Positions 11,130-21,179 of a stretch of DNA of 58,189 nt are shown piece by piece; position 1 is the first letter of the stretch, and each line of letters begins with the position of its first letter. Under the pieces are notes generated by a model that worked only from the letters and a program-made list of their open reading frames with translations, had not been told where the DNA came from and did not search any database. Source of the DNA: Pseudomonadota bacterium. GTDB lineage: Bacteria; Pseudomonadota; Gammaproteobacteria; Burkholderiales; Burkholderiaceae_E. The position numbers were made by a program, and so were the translations under genes. Where the stretch lies: positions 1 to 58,189 of the forward strand of contig JAEWEW010000070.1 in assembly GCA_023389175.1 (NCBI GenBank), in the 5' to 3' direction.

Positions 11130-11552
11130 ATGCAGGCCGCACCACCGCTTGGCAACGTGCTCGAGACCGGTCTCTATGTCGCGGACCTGGATCGGTCCCG
11201 CGAGTTCTACCAGACCGTCCTCGGGCTTCGTCCGATGCTGCAGGACGATCGCCTGGTTGCCTTTCCGCTCGGGACCGGGAGCGTTCTGTTGCTCTTTCGC
11301 CGGGGGACGACCGAGCAGCCGGCGCGCACGCCGGGCGGCACGATTCCCTCGCACGAAGGCAGCGGCCGGCTGCACTACGCCTTCGCGATCGCCGCCGGGC
11401 ACCTCGACGGCTGGCGTGCCTGGCTCGCCACGCGCGGCGTGGCCATCGAGTCGGAGGTGTCCTGGCCCCGTGGCGGCCGGAGCGTCTACTTCCGCGATCC
11501 GGACGGGCACCTGGTGGAACTGGCGACGCCCGGACTCTGGGACAACTACTGA
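11130..11552 (+). CDS. VOC/glyoxalase family protein
   Basis: VLETGLYVADL, LHYAFAI and SVYFRDPDGHLVEL motifs. Confidence 0.9.
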   Translation: MQAAPPLGNVLETGLYVADLDRSREFYQTVLGLRPMLQDDRLVAFPLGTGSVLLLFRRGTTEQPARTPGGTIPSHEGSGRLHYAFAIAAGHLDGWRAWLATRGVAIESEVSWPRGGRSVYFRDPDGHLVELATPGLWDNY

Positions 11553-12274
11553 TCGCCCGGCGGCGGAAACGGCCGCGGCGCCAGGCCGGCGTGCAGCCAG
11601 CAGACCATCGAGACGATGTCGTAGACCGGCACCCCGGTCGCCGCGCGCACGGCAGCGGCATAGGGCGGCAGGTTGGTGCATTCGAGCACGATGACAGCGA
11701 CCTCGGGATACGCCGCCAGCAGGCGGCGGCCGGCGGCCGCGACGTCCAGGCGTGCCTGCGCCACGTCGAACGCCGCAGCCTCGCCGCGCACCACCACCCG
11801 GTAGAGCTCCGTGCCTTCCAGTCCGATCGTCGGCGTGTCCGCCGGCGCCCCGACCGCCTCGAAATGTGCCGTGGTCAACGACGCCGCCGACGCGGTCACC
11901 ACGCCGACCCGCTTTCCGGGCGGCAGCGTCGCCTGCAGCCACGGGATCTGCAAGAGGGCCGACGTGGCGACCGGCACGTCGACCGCCGCGGCCAGCTTCG
12001 CCTGGAAGAGCGCAAGGAAACCGCAGCTCGTCGTGACGAGGCGCGCGCCACTTGCGGCAAGCACTCGGGCACCGGCGACGAAGGCCGGCAGGAGCCCTCG
12101 CGCCGAATCCGACACCACCCGGCCGGGCTCGGCGCCCGGCACCACCTCCAGGATCACCGGAAACGGCCAGGTTGCCGCGTTGCCGACGTCGCCGGGGATG
12201 CGCGTGAAGCGCGTCGCCAGCATCAGGATGCCGACCGGCGCCTCGGCGTCACCGGATGCGTGTTGCGGTTGCAT
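11546..12274 (-). CDS. Aspartate/glutamate racemase family protein
   Basis: RIPGDVGNAATWPFPV, TTSCGF and LECTNL (two catalytic Cys). Confidence 0.85.
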   Translation of the reverse strand: MQPQHASGDAEAPVGILMLATRFTRIPGDVGNAATWPFPVILEVVPGAEPGRVVSDSARGLLPAFVAGARVLAASGARLVTTSCGFLALFQAKLAAAVDVPVATSALLQIPWLQATLPPGKRVGVVTASAASLTTAHFEAVGAPADTPTIGLEGTELYRVVVRGEAAAFDVAQARLDVAAAGRRLLAAYPEVAVIVLECTNLPPYAAAVRAATGVPVYDIVSMVCWLHAGLAPRPFPPPGDQ

Positions 12275-12301
12275 CGGGATGGTCCTTCGCACGCGGGCCG
12301 C

Positions 12302-14077
12302 TCAGGCCGGCCGTCGCGGCGCACGATAGCGCACGCGCCGGTCGATCTGCTGCCGGCTGATGACGCCATGAAGCTGCCGGCGCCGCGGCGCCGAGGTGGC
12401 ACAGACGATCGCCACATCCGCGCCGGCGGCATCGAGCAGCCCGAGCGCCTCGCCGAGCGTCGCGTGCAGCGGCACGGTGGCGAAGCCGGGCGAGCCCTCC
12501 CCAAGGGCGGTTAGCGCGGTGGACTCCTGCGGCGCGGCGGCCATCGCGGCCGCGAAGCGCTCGCCGTCCCTCACGGCGACGACGTCGTCGCCGCTCACGA
12601 GCAGGACGACGACGTCCCGGTCCGCGAGGTCCCGGGCAACCTCCGCGGCGGGCGCCTGCGCATCGATCACGACGAAATCGCGGCTCATGACGGCCGCCAC
12701 GCCGGTCCTTTCGAGCGCGAGTGCCACCGGGTCGAAGCGGAACTCGATCCCGCGTGCCTGGAGGATGGAGACGAAGAGCGGCTCCTGGCGGAATACCACC
12801 CGCGACATCAGGAAGGCGCCGATCACCGCCGCCATGCCGGGCAGCAGCGTGTTCGGATTGGCCGTGAGCTCCAGGATCGCGGTCAGCGCGGCGAGCGGCG
12901 CATGCAGGCTCGCAGCCATCATCGCGGCCACCCCGAGCATCGCATAGAAGGCAGGCGCCGCGCCGGTCGCGGGTACCAGCGCATCGCCCACGATGCCGAG
13001 CGCGCCGCCGGCGGTCGCGCCGATCACCACCATCGGTCCGATCATTCCCCCAGGAAGGCCCAGGCCGCCGCAGGCGATGGTCGCGAGCAGCTTGAGCAGC
13101 GCGATCAGGACCAGCGAGAGCAGCCCGATCCCGCCGACCATGGCGAGCTGCACCGTGTCGTAGCCCAGTCCCATCACCTCCGGCGCGGCCAGTGCGCAGA
13201 CGCCGGTGAACGCGCCGGCGAGCGTCATTCGCAGCCACGGCGGCGCACTGCGCGAATGGCGCTCCACCCGGACGATGCCTGCGATGTAGGCGCCCGCCAG
13301 GCATCCGACGACCAGTCCAAGCATCAGCACCCACGGCAGCTCCAGCAGCGATACCAGCTGCAGGTGCGGGACCGCGAACGCCGGATCCGGGCCGAACACC
13401 AGGCGACTCACCGATGTGGCGCATACCGCGGCAAGGATCACCGGCGCGAAGCCTGCGAGCGTGTACTCGAACATCACGACTTCCATCGCGAAGACGACGC
13501 CGGCCAGGGGCGTGTTGAACGAGGCCGCGATCGAGGCCGCGACGCCGCAGGCAACCAGCGTGCGGATGCTGTTGTTGGGCAGCCGGAGCCATTGGCCGAG
13601 CAGGCTCGCGCTCGCGGCGCCAACATGGATCACCGGCCCTTCCCTGCCCACCGAGTGGCCCGAGATGATCGAGATCGCGCCGCCGACGAACTGGAGCACC
13701 GCGTTGGCCCAGGGCAGCCGCCCACCGCTGCCGGCCAATTGCGCCATGACATGCGCCGGCCCGACAGCGCGCGCGGCGGCCGGTACGAGCTGGAACAGGA
13801 TGCCGACGAGCAGCCCACCGGCGGTCGGCAGCGCCAATCGCCAGGCCGGCGAGAGGGACTCGTAGGCCTCGATCCCGGGGATCAGGCCGGCCCAGACCAG
13901 GCCACGCTCGGTGAGCATCCGGAACGCGACGATCACCACGCCGGTAACCAGTCCGGCCAGCGCGGCGATCAGCGACAGCCCGACGAGGGCGTCGGCATGC
14001 GCGAGATAGACGCGGAAATCGGCGACAGCCTTGCGGATCCGTCCGCCGGGAAGTCTGAATCGGTCGCCCGACGGCAT
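12302..14077 (-). CDS. ClC chloride channel/antiporter with C-terminal CBS-like region
   Basis: GHSVGREGP (gating Glu), AASFNTPLAGVVFAME and GLPGGMIGP motifs. Confidence 0.9.
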   Translation of the reverse strand: MPSGDRFRLPGGRIRKAVADFRVYLAHADALVGLSLIAALAGLVTGVVIVAFRMLTERGLVWAGLIPGIEAYESLSPAWRLALPTAGGLLVGILFQLVPAAARAVGPAHVMAQLAGSGGRLPWANAVLQFVGGAISIISGHSVGREGPVIHVGAASASLLGQWLRLPNNSIRTLVACGVAASIAASFNTPLAGVVFAMEVVMFEYTLAGFAPVILAAVCATSVSRLVFGPDPAFAVPHLQLVSLLELPWVLMLGLVVGCLAGAYIAGIVRVERHSRSAPPWLRMTLAGAFTGVCALAAPEVMGLGYDTVQLAMVGGIGLLSLVLIALLKLLATIACGGLGLPGGMIGPMVVIGATAGGALGIVGDALVPATGAAPAFYAMLGVAAMMAASLHAPLAALTAILELTANPNTLLPGMAAVIGAFLMSRVVFRQEPLFVSILQARGIEFRFDPVALALERTGVAAVMSRDFVVIDAQAPAAEVARDLADRDVVVLLVSGDDVVAVRDGERFAAAMAAAPQESTALTALGEGSPGFATVPLHATLGEALGLLDAAGADVAIVCATSAPRRRQLHGVISRQQIDRRVRYRAPRRPA

Positions 14078-14152
14078 CGGTTCCGGTATCGCAGTGTCGG
14101 ATCTGGGTAGCCCATGTTATCGTGAACCCGTGGCACGAGGCAGGAGACCGAC

Positions 14153-15178
14153 ATGCCGCTTCTCTTCGAGCCTGTCCGCCCCGCGGGACTTGAAATCGCG
14201 GACAACGGCCGGGTGACGCGCTTCAGCACGGATTCGGTCGCGCCCGCCGCACGCGCCTCGTACTGGCGGGAGGCGATCTGCGAGACCTTCGTGCGGCTCG
14301 AGTTCGACTGCGACCGCAGTCGCCCTTTCCATGCGAGCCTCGCGTGCCGACCGCTGTCGCGCTTCGCCTGCATCGCGGTCGACGCCAGCGCGCAACGGGT
14401 CCGCCGCAGCGCGGCGCTGGTCGCGGAGGATCGCGAAGCGACCTTGATCATCATGCTGCAGCGTCGCGGGGAATGCATCGCGTTGCAGGACGGCGCGGAG
14501 GTGCGCCTGCGCAGCGGCGGCGTCGCGCTGGTGGACAGCCGCCGGCCGTATGCCCTGGCTTTTCCCGGCGAGTTCAGCCAGACGGTGATCCGCGTGCCTG
14601 CAGCGGCGCTGGAGCAGCGTTGCTCCCGAGCGGCGACGACCGGCGCGCGCCTCGTTCCCACGGACTCCCCTCTCGGACGGCTGGCCGTCCATGCGCTGGA
14701 CGAGCTGGGCCGCGAGCCGCGCGCCGCGGTCGCCCTGCCGCTCTCCACGGTCGCCTTCGACCTGCTCGCGCTGGCCCTCGCGGAGACCGTGCCCGCAAGC
14801 CCGGAGCCGCCTCGCATGGCAACGATGCGGCTCAGCTGGGCCAAGTCGCAGGTGCTGGCGGAGCTGCGCGATCCGGCGCTGCGCCCGCAGTCCGTCGCCA
14901 AGCGGCAGGGCGTGTCGCTGCGCCTGCGCCAACGGCTGTTCGCCGCGCAAGGCGAATGTCTCGCGGACTTCATCCTGGAGCAGCGGCTGCAGCGCTGCAG
15001 CGAGGCGCTGATGGACCCGTCGAATGCCGGGCGCACCATCACCGAGATCGCCCTCTCCTGGGGCTTCGGCGACTCGGCAGGATTCGGCCGGGCCTTCCGC
15101 CGCCGTTTCGGCGTGGCCCCGCGGGAATGGCGCCGGCAGGTTCGCCCCCGGCCGCATCCGGGTTCGCGATCGGACTAG
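14153..15178 (+). CDS. AraC-family regulator (FeaR/NitR-like, AraC-binding-like N-domain)
   Basis: YWREAICETF N-domain; C-terminal ITEIALSWGFGDSAGFGRAFRRRFG HTH. Confidence 0.9.
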   Translation: MPLLFEPVRPAGLEIADNGRVTRFSTDSVAPAARASYWREAICETFVRLEFDCDRSRPFHASLACRPLSRFACIAVDASAQRVRRSAALVAEDREATLIIMLQRRGECIALQDGAEVRLRSGGVALVDSRRPYALAFPGEFSQTVIRVPAAALEQRCSRAATTGARLVPTDSPLGRLAVHALDELGREPRAAVALPLSTVAFDLLALALAETVPASPEPPRMATMRLSWAKSQVLAELRDPALRPQSVAKRQGVSLRLRQRLFAAQGECLADFILEQRLQRCSEALMDPSNAGRTITEIALSWGFGDSAGFGRAFRRRFGVAPREWRRQVRPRPHPGSRSD

Positions 15179-15232
15179 CCGGACAACCCCCGGACAGCTC
15201 CAATCGGGCTTCCCCGATACGGAGGCACCGGC

Positions 15233-16399
15233 ATGAAACCGAACCACAAGGTCCTGAACGGCCACCCGGCAGTCAAGGTCGCGATCGTGCAGTCCGCGCC
15301 GGTCTTCCTCGACCGCGAGGCCACCATCGACAAGGCATGCCGCAAGATCGAGGAGGCCGCGCGCGAGGGAGCCCGGGTCATCGTGTTCAGCGAGGCCTGG
15401 GTCTCCGGCTATCCCTACTGGGGCGAGACCTGGGGCTCCCGCGTGGGCGACTGGATGGGCGTGCGCAGCCGCTTCTACGACAGCACGCTGCTCGTCGACA
15501 GCGAGGACACGGAGCGGCTCTGCGCGGCCGCCTCGAGAGCCGATGCCGTCGTCGTCATCGGCTGCAACGAGATGGATCCGCGACCTGCGGTCCACACCAT
15601 CTACAACACGCTGCTCTTCATCGACAACCACGGACGCGTCCTCGGGCGACGGCGCAAGATCATGCCGACCTTCGTGGAGCGCGCGGTCTGGGGCTGTGGC
15701 GACGGCACGGACCTGCAGGTGTTCGACACCGACTACGGACGCATCGGCGGCCTGATCTGCGGCGAGAACCTGATGACGCTTGCCCGGGCCCACATGATCG
15801 GCCAGGGGGAAGACTTCCACGTCGCGGTGTTTCCCGGCGCCTTCGCCCTGCATACCGGTCCCAAGCTCGAGGAGTTCGACGCCACCGCGGAGAGCTTCTG
15901 GGGATATTCGAGCTGCCGTGCCCATGCCTTCGAGGCGGGTGCCTTCGTCCTCGCTTCGTGCGGCTACATCACGGAGGGTGACTTCCCCGCGGACTTCGCG
16001 CTGCGGGACACGCTGAACATCGACTACGCGAGGGGCGGCAGCGCCGTCTACGCGCCCATCGGCATTCCGCTCACCGCGCCGACACCGGGCGATGCGATCG
16101 TGTACTCCGTCTGCCCTGCCGAGCTGATCAAGGTGGCCAAGGCGGTGATCGACACCATGGGGCACTATGCCCGGCCCGACCTGTTCCGCCTGGAGTTTCG
16201 CGCCACGCCCTACCAGGGCGGCAGCGCCGCGGTCGGCGCGATCGAAGCGATGGAGTCGCTGCCCGCGGGCGAGCTCGCCCGGATCGCCGACCGCCACGAG
16301 GTGACGCCGTCAGCCATCGAATCGGCGCTGCTCGCAAGGACGGTGCCGGCAAGGCCGGCGGTAGCCGGCGAGCCGGCGGCGGCACGCGCCGGAGGCTGA
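15233..16399 (+). CDS. Nitrilase (carbon-nitrogen hydrolase)
   Basis: Glu-Lys-Cys triad: FSEAWVSGYP, RRKIMPT and LICGEN; DTMGHYARPD. Confidence 0.92.
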   Translation: MKPNHKVLNGHPAVKVAIVQSAPVFLDREATIDKACRKIEEAAREGARVIVFSEAWVSGYPYWGETWGSRVGDWMGVRSRFYDSTLLVDSEDTERLCAAASRADAVVVIGCNEMDPRPAVHTIYNTLLFIDNHGRVLGRRRKIMPTFVERAVWGCGDGTDLQVFDTDYGRIGGLICGENLMTLARAHMIGQGEDFHVAVFPGAFALHTGPKLEEFDATAESFWGYSSCRAHAFEAGAFVLASCGYITEGDFPADFALRDTLNIDYARGGSAVYAPIGIPLTAPTPGDAIVYSVCPAELIKVAKAVIDTMGHYARPDLFRLEFRATPYQGGSAAVGAIEAMESLPAGELARIADRHEVTPSAIESALLARTVPARPAVAGEPAAARAGG

Positions 16400-16402
16400 A
16401 TG

Positions 16403-16517
16403 CTCAACGGAACGCCGGGCCGCCCCAGGTTCCGTTGACCCCCTCGGGGGCGGGCTGGGCGAAGCCCAGCCCCTGGGGGCTCTCAACGGAACGAAGGGCC
16501 GCCCCTTCGTTGCGTTG
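16403..16517. repeat. REP-like composite palindromic intergenic element
   Basis: Hairpins TCAACGGAAC...GTTCCGTTGA (16404-16438), GGGCTGGGC-GAA-GCCCAGCCC (16452-16472) and CAACGGAACGAAGGG...CCCTTCGTTGCGTTG; CTCAACGGAACG..GGGCCGCCCC occurs twice. Confidence 0.75.
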
Positions 16518-16521
16518 GCCT

Positions 16522-16665
16522 TCAGACCCACCACCCGCGGCGCCGGTGCGAGCGCCACCACTCGAAGGACCCCGGTCCGCGGCCGCCCCAGCCGCGGCTG
16601 CTGCTGTAGCCGCACAGCCCGATCACGCCGGCAGCGATGACGATCGTCCAGATCACGAAGCCCAT
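16522..16665 (-). CDS. Possible small membrane protein (47 aa)
   Basis: MGFVIWTIVIAAGVIGLCG hydrophobic helix followed by an Arg/Trp-rich tail; fills an intergenic gap. Confidence 0.4.
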   Translation of the reverse strand: MGFVIWTIVIAAGVIGLCGYSSSRGWGGRGPGSFEWWRSHRRRGWWV

Positions 16666-16755
16666 GGCCCGATTGTGCGCGTCAACGCGCGATGTCGCCA
16701 GCCGGGTTAGGCTGCGACTCTCGCCGCCAGGCGCGGCATCACGCAGGAGCGCGAC

Positions 16756-17112
16756 ATGGGATGGTTCTCCCGCAACGACAACGCCGACTTCTTCCTCGCC
16801 ACCATCGTCCCGGACGGTGACGGAGCACGGGTCAAGAAGTACCTCGGGCTGGTGAACGGCGAGGCGATCATCGGCGCCAACATCTTCCGCGACATGTTCT
16901 CGTCCATCCGCGACGTGGTCGGCGGCCGCGCCGGCGGCTATGAACGGGGGCTGACCGGCGCGCGCGATGCGGCGGTGGAGGACATGGTCGCTGCCGCCCG
17001 CGAGCTTGGCGCCGACGGCATCGTCGGTATCGACTTCGACTACGAGGTCCTGGGAGAGAAGAACGGCATGATGATGGTGACGGTGAGCGGCACCGCGGTG
17101 AAGATGGCCTGA
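16756..17112 (+). CDS. ybjQ: YbjQ family (UPF0145) protein
   Basis: GEAIIGANIFRD..SIRDVVGGR and GADGIVGIDFDYE..MMMVTVSGTAV motifs. Confidence 0.92.
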   Translation: MGWFSRNDNADFFLATIVPDGDGARVKKYLGLVNGEAIIGANIFRDMFSSIRDVVGGRAGGYERGLTGARDAAVEDMVAAARELGADGIVGIDFDYEVLGEKNGMMMVTVSGTAVKMA

Positions 17113-17212
17113 AGCCCCCCCTGCTTCGACGATCCCGCGGATGCGGCTCCTGCCGATGCGGGGCGTGGTATGGTAGTGGTCCGCGAACCGGACGTGCCGG
17201 CAAGGAGGCAAC

Positions 17213-18715
17213 ATGAAGACGACCAAGGCAGGCGCCCAGTCGGGCGCGTCCACCACCGGCGCCGGCGCGCCCGCGCCGAGCGATCGCAACTCCCTCACCA
17301 TCGGCCCGAACGGCCCGATCCTGCTCCACGACGTCCATTTCCTGGAGCAGATGGCCCACTTCAACCGGGAGAAGGTGCCGGAGCGCCAGCCGCATGCCAA
17401 GGGCGCCGGAGCCTTCGGCGTCTTCGAGACGACCCGTGACGTGTCCGCGTACACCCGGGCCGCACTCTTCCAGAAGGGAGCCCGCACGGAGATGCTCGCG
17501 CGCTTCTCCACCGTCGCCGGCGAGGCGGGAAGCCCCGACACCTGGCGCGACGTGCGCGGCTTTTCGCTCAAGTTCTATACGACCGAAGGCAACTACGACC
17601 TGGTCGGCAACAACACGCCGATCTTCTTCGTGCGTGACCCGATGAAGTTCCCGCACTTCATCCGCAGCCAGAAGCGCCTGCCGGACTCCGGCCTGCGCGA
17701 CAACCACATGCAGTGGGACTTCTGGACGGCCAATCCGGAGTCAGCCCACCAGGTGACCTATCTGATGGGCGACCGGGGGCTGCCCCGGACCTGGCGGCAC
17801 ATGAACGGCTACGGATCGCACACCTTCATGTGGGTCAATGCGAAGGGCGAGAGGTACTGGGTCAAGTATCACTTCCACACCAACCAGGGCATGGCGTTCT
17901 TCACCAACGCCGAAGCGGCCGCGATGTCGGGCAGCGACGCCGACTACCACCGTCGCGATTTGTTCGAGGCCATCGCCCGGCGCGACTTCCCGAGCTGGAC
18001 GCTGTCGGTACAGGTGATGCCCTTCGCTGAAGCCAAGGACTACCGGTTCAATCCATTCGACCTGACCAAGACCTGGTCGCACAAGGACTACCCGCTGATC
18101 GAGGTCGGCCGCATGACGCTCGACCGCAACCCGGAGAACTTCTTCGCCCAGATCGAGCAGGCGGCATTCTCGCCGGGCAACGTGGTGCCGGGGATCGGGC
18201 TCTCGCCCGACAAGATGCTGCTCGGGCGGGCGTTCGCGTACAACGACGCCCAGCGCAATCGCATCGGCACCAACTTCCACCAGCTTCCGGTGAACAAGCC
18301 GAAGGTCCCCGTCCAGACGTACATGTTCGACGGCCAGATGGCGTACGAGCACAGCGGCAACGCGCCGGTCTACGCGCCGAACAGCGGCGGCCGCGCGTGG
18401 GCGGACGGCACCGGAGCCATGGACGACGGCTGGCCTGCGGACGGCGAGATGGTTCGCAGCGCCTACACGCTGCATTCGGAGGACGACGACTTCGGCCAGC
18501 CCGGCACGCTGGTTCGCGAGGTGTTCGACGATGCCCAGCGGTCCCGGCTCGTCGACCAGGTGGCCGGCAGCCTGCTCGGCGGCGTGCGGGAGCCGGTGCT
18601 GGGCCGCGCCTTCGAGTACTGGAAGCAGGTGGACGCAGAGATCGGTCGACGCATCGAGGAGAAGGTCAAGGCCGGCGTCGGCGGCAAACCGGCGGAGGGC
18701 ATGGGCGAGCGCTAG
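17213..18715 (+). CDS. Small-subunit monofunctional heme catalase
   Basis: [15 protein letters not shown] (distal His), [14 protein letters not shown] and [10 protein letters not shown] (proximal Tyr); RBS AGGAGG. Confidence 0.96.
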   Translation: MKTTKAGAQSGASTTGAGAPAPSDRNSLTIGPNGPILLHDVHFLEQMAHFNREKVPERQPHAKGAGAFGVFETTRDVSAYTRAALFQKGARTEMLARFSTVAGEAGSPDTWRDVRGFSLKFYTTEGNYDLVGNNTPIFFVRDPMKFPHFIRSQKRLPDSGLRDNHMQWDFWTANPESAHQVTYLMGDRGLPRTWRHMNGYGSHTFMWVNAKGERYWVKYHFHTNQGMAFFTNAEAAAMSGSDADYHRRDLFEAIARRDFPSWTLSVQVMPFAEAKDYRFNPFDLTKTWSHKDYPLIEVGRMTLDRNPENFFAQIEQAAFSPGNVVPGIGLSPDKMLLGRAFAYNDAQRNRIGTNFHQLPVNKPKVPVQTYMFDGQMAYEHSGNAPVYAPNSGGRAWADGTGAMDDGWPADGEMVRSAYTLHSEDDDFGQPGTLVREVFDDAQRSRLVDQVAGSLLGGVREPVLGRAFEYWKQVDAEIGRRIEEKVKAGVGGKPAEGMGER

Positions 18716-18729
18716 CCTCGCCGTCGCGC

Positions 18730-19593
18730 ATGTCCCATCCCGCCTTCCGCGACCTGGTCGCAACCGAGCGGCCGCTGGTCCTGCCGGGGGCGCACGACGC
18801 GCTGTCGACGTTGCTCATCAAGCAGGCCGGCTTCAAGGCATTCTTCATCGGCGGCTTCCCGCTGGTCGGGGTGCGCTACGGCGTCCCCGACATCGGCCTG
18901 GTCGCGCTCGGCGAGATCGCAAGCGGCGTGCGCGACATCCTGGCGGTCACCGACCTGCCCGCGCTGGTTGACGTGGACAACGGCTACGGCGACGTGAAGA
19001 ACGTCGTGTACTCGGTCCAGACCTACGAGCGCATGGGAGCCCAGGCGCTCTTCTTCGAGGACCTGGTGTCGCCGAAGCGATGCGGGCACATCGCGGGCAA
19101 GGTGCTTCTCTCCTGCGAGGACATGGAGCAACGCATCCGCGCGGCCGCCGAGAACCGCTTGAATCCCGCGACCTTCATCATCGCGCGGACCGATGCCCGC
19201 GAGGTCTACAGCCTGGACGAGGCACTGCGCCGCGGCGAACGCTATGCGCGGGCCGGGGCGGACGGGATCTTCATCGAGGCGCCGGAGTCGGTCGAGGAGC
19301 TGGGCCAGGTCGGCAAGTCGCTCCAGGGCATCACGCTCATGGCCAACATGCTGGAGGGCGGCCGCACGCCGATCCTGCGACCCGCGGAGCTCGCGGACCT
19401 CGGCTTCGGCATCGTGATCTACGGCATCTCTCTTCTCATGCGCATCACGCGCACCATGCAGGAAGCGCTCGCGGACCTGAGGTCGGGCGAGCTCGCGCTG
19501 GTCGGAACCGGCGTGGGGTTCGAGGAATACAAGCGGATCGTCGGATTCCCGCGATGGGCCGCGATCGAGGACCGCTACACCAGGGACAAGTGA
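18730..19593 (+). CDS. Isocitrate lyase/PEP mutase family protein (methylisocitrate lyase/oxaloacetate decarboxylase-like)
   Basis: PGAHDALS, VDVDNGYG, EDLVSPKRCGH and IARTDA motifs. Confidence 0.9.
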   Translation: MSHPAFRDLVATERPLVLPGAHDALSTLLIKQAGFKAFFIGGFPLVGVRYGVPDIGLVALGEIASGVRDILAVTDLPALVDVDNGYGDVKNVVYSVQTYERMGAQALFFEDLVSPKRCGHIAGKVLLSCEDMEQRIRAAAENRLNPATFIIARTDAREVYSLDEALRRGERYARAGADGIFIEAPESVEELGQVGKSLQGITLMANMLEGGRTPILRPAELADLGFGIVIYGISLLMRITRTMQEALADLRSGELALVGTGVGFEEYKRIVGFPRWAAIEDRYTRDK

Positions 19594-19642
19594 TCCTGTC
19601 GGCGCAACCGGCTGACAGGCGCTTGAGCGGCCGGCTCGCGCT

Positions 19643-21127
19643 TCAGAACCGGCTGAAGTACTCGCGGCGCTGGAAATCCATCTTGTCCTCGGCCTGCTCG
19701 TAGCGCGCGAGCTCCGAGCGCTTGAGGCGCGCAAAGTAGTCGACGAACGTGCGGCCGAAGGCCTCGCACATCACGGGGTCAGCCTCCAGGGCCTCCAGCG
19801 CCTCGCCGAGGGAGTTCGGCAGGCGCAAGGCCGCATCGGCACCGGCGTAGGGCGCGTCGGTCGCGGGCGGCGCCCGCAGGCCCCGCTCGATGCCGTCGAG
19901 TCCGGCGTGGATCTGCGAGGCGAGGTACAGGTAGGGATTGGCGGACGGTTCGCCGATCCGGTTCTCGATGCGCGTAGCTTCGTCGCCGCACGGTCCGATG
20001 ACCCGCAGCGCGGCGCCGCGATTGTCGCGGCCCCAGAGCGCGGACTGCGGCGCGAGCGCGTTCGGCTGGAAGCGGGCGAAGCCGTTGACCGTGGGGGTGC
20101 AGAACACCGCCATGCCGCGCGCATGAGCGAGCAACCCGCCGAGGTAGTGCTCCCCGGTGTCGGACAGGCTGTAGGCGGCGTGGGCCGGCGTCGCCCCCGG
20201 CGCGGGGGCTGCGCGCCGGAACGCATTGTCGCCGTCGGCGAGCCGCACCAGCGACTGGTGCAGGTGCCAGCCGCTCGACATGATGTTGGGAAACGGCGGC
20301 CGGCAGACGAAGCTCGCCCAGTACCCTGCCTTGTAGAGCGCCTGCCGCACCGCGTTGCGGAAGAGCACCATGTTGTCCGCCGCCGTGAGCGCGTCGGTCG
20401 CATCGAAAACCGCTTCCACCTGGCTCGGGCCGAGCTCGATCTCGAGCGACGTGAGCGGCAGGTCGAGGCCATCGGCGGTGTGCTGCACGATGCGCAACGG
20501 CTCCTCGGCGAGATTCCACCAGGCTTCGGTCAGCAGGTTGTAGCCGGGATGGACCAGCCGCAAGGCGGGCGGAAGGCCCGGCCAGGCGGCCTGTGCCGGA
20601 TCGAGCTGGGCGCCGCCTTCCTCGATGCGATAGACGTGGAACTCCACCTCCAGGCCGCAGCGCATGCCGAAGCCCGCGTCGGCCAGCCGCGCGAGCGCCC
20701 GTTGCAGTATGCGCCGCGTGTCGAGCTCCACCGGCCTGCCGTCCTGGAAGTGGAGCTGGCCGGCGACCCAGCCGGTCCCGCTCGTCCAGGGCAGCTGCCT
20801 GAAGCGCGCCGGATCGGCCATGAGCACCAGGTTGTTCGCGCCTTCGAAGCCCGGCACGCCGGCGGTTCCGCCCGGCTCGAAGACCTTGAAGGCGGTGCGA
20901 TCCGATGTGTCCTTCAGCATCAGCGTGCTGACGATGCCGATGCCCTCCTCGAAGGCACGGGCCACCGCGCGGGCGGTGAGCGCCTTGCCCCGGGTGACGC
21001 CATGCACGTCGCACCATGCGAAGCGCACCAGCTCGATGCCGGCGCTCTCGATCAGCCGCATGACCTGGGCAACGCCATGCCGCCGCCGCTCGTCGTCGAG
21101 GCCGCAGCGGCGGGCGAAGCCGCTCAC
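19643..21127 (-). CDS. Glutamine synthetase-like gamma-glutamyl ligase
   Basis: CGLEVEFH, ELGPSQVE, SGWHLHQS and WGRDNR..RIENRIGEPSANPYL motifs; GTG start after GGAGGAGG. Confidence 0.88.
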   Translation of the reverse strand: MSGFARRCGLDDERRRHGVAQVMRLIESAGIELVRFAWCDVHGVTRGKALTARAVARAFEEGIGIVSTLMLKDTSDRTAFKVFEPGGTAGVPGFEGANNLVLMADPARFRQLPWTSGTGWVAGQLHFQDGRPVELDTRRILQRALARLADAGFGMRCGLEVEFHVYRIEEGGAQLDPAQAAWPGLPPALRLVHPGYNLLTEAWWNLAEEPLRIVQHTADGLDLPLTSLEIELGPSQVEAVFDATDALTAADNMVLFRNAVRQALYKAGYWASFVCRPPFPNIMSSGWHLHQSLVRLADGDNAFRRAAPAPGATPAHAAYSLSDTGEHYLGGLLAHARGMAVFCTPTVNGFARFQPNALAPQSALWGRDNRGAALRVIGPCGDEATRIENRIGEPSANPYLYLASQIHAGLDGIERGLRAPPATDAPYAGADAALRLPNSLGEALEALEADPVMCEAFGRTFVDYFARLKRSELARYEQAEDKMDFQRREYFSRF

Positions 21128-21179
21128 CTCGCCGCCCTCCTCCGCCGGACCGCACGGCGATCCGGGCCGGCGCGGCGAC

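Noticed and set aside
19643..21127. Housekeeping glnA
   Set aside because: The context (Rieske oxygenase, GntR) and divergent sequence fit a GS-like ligase, and there is no ntrBC linkage.
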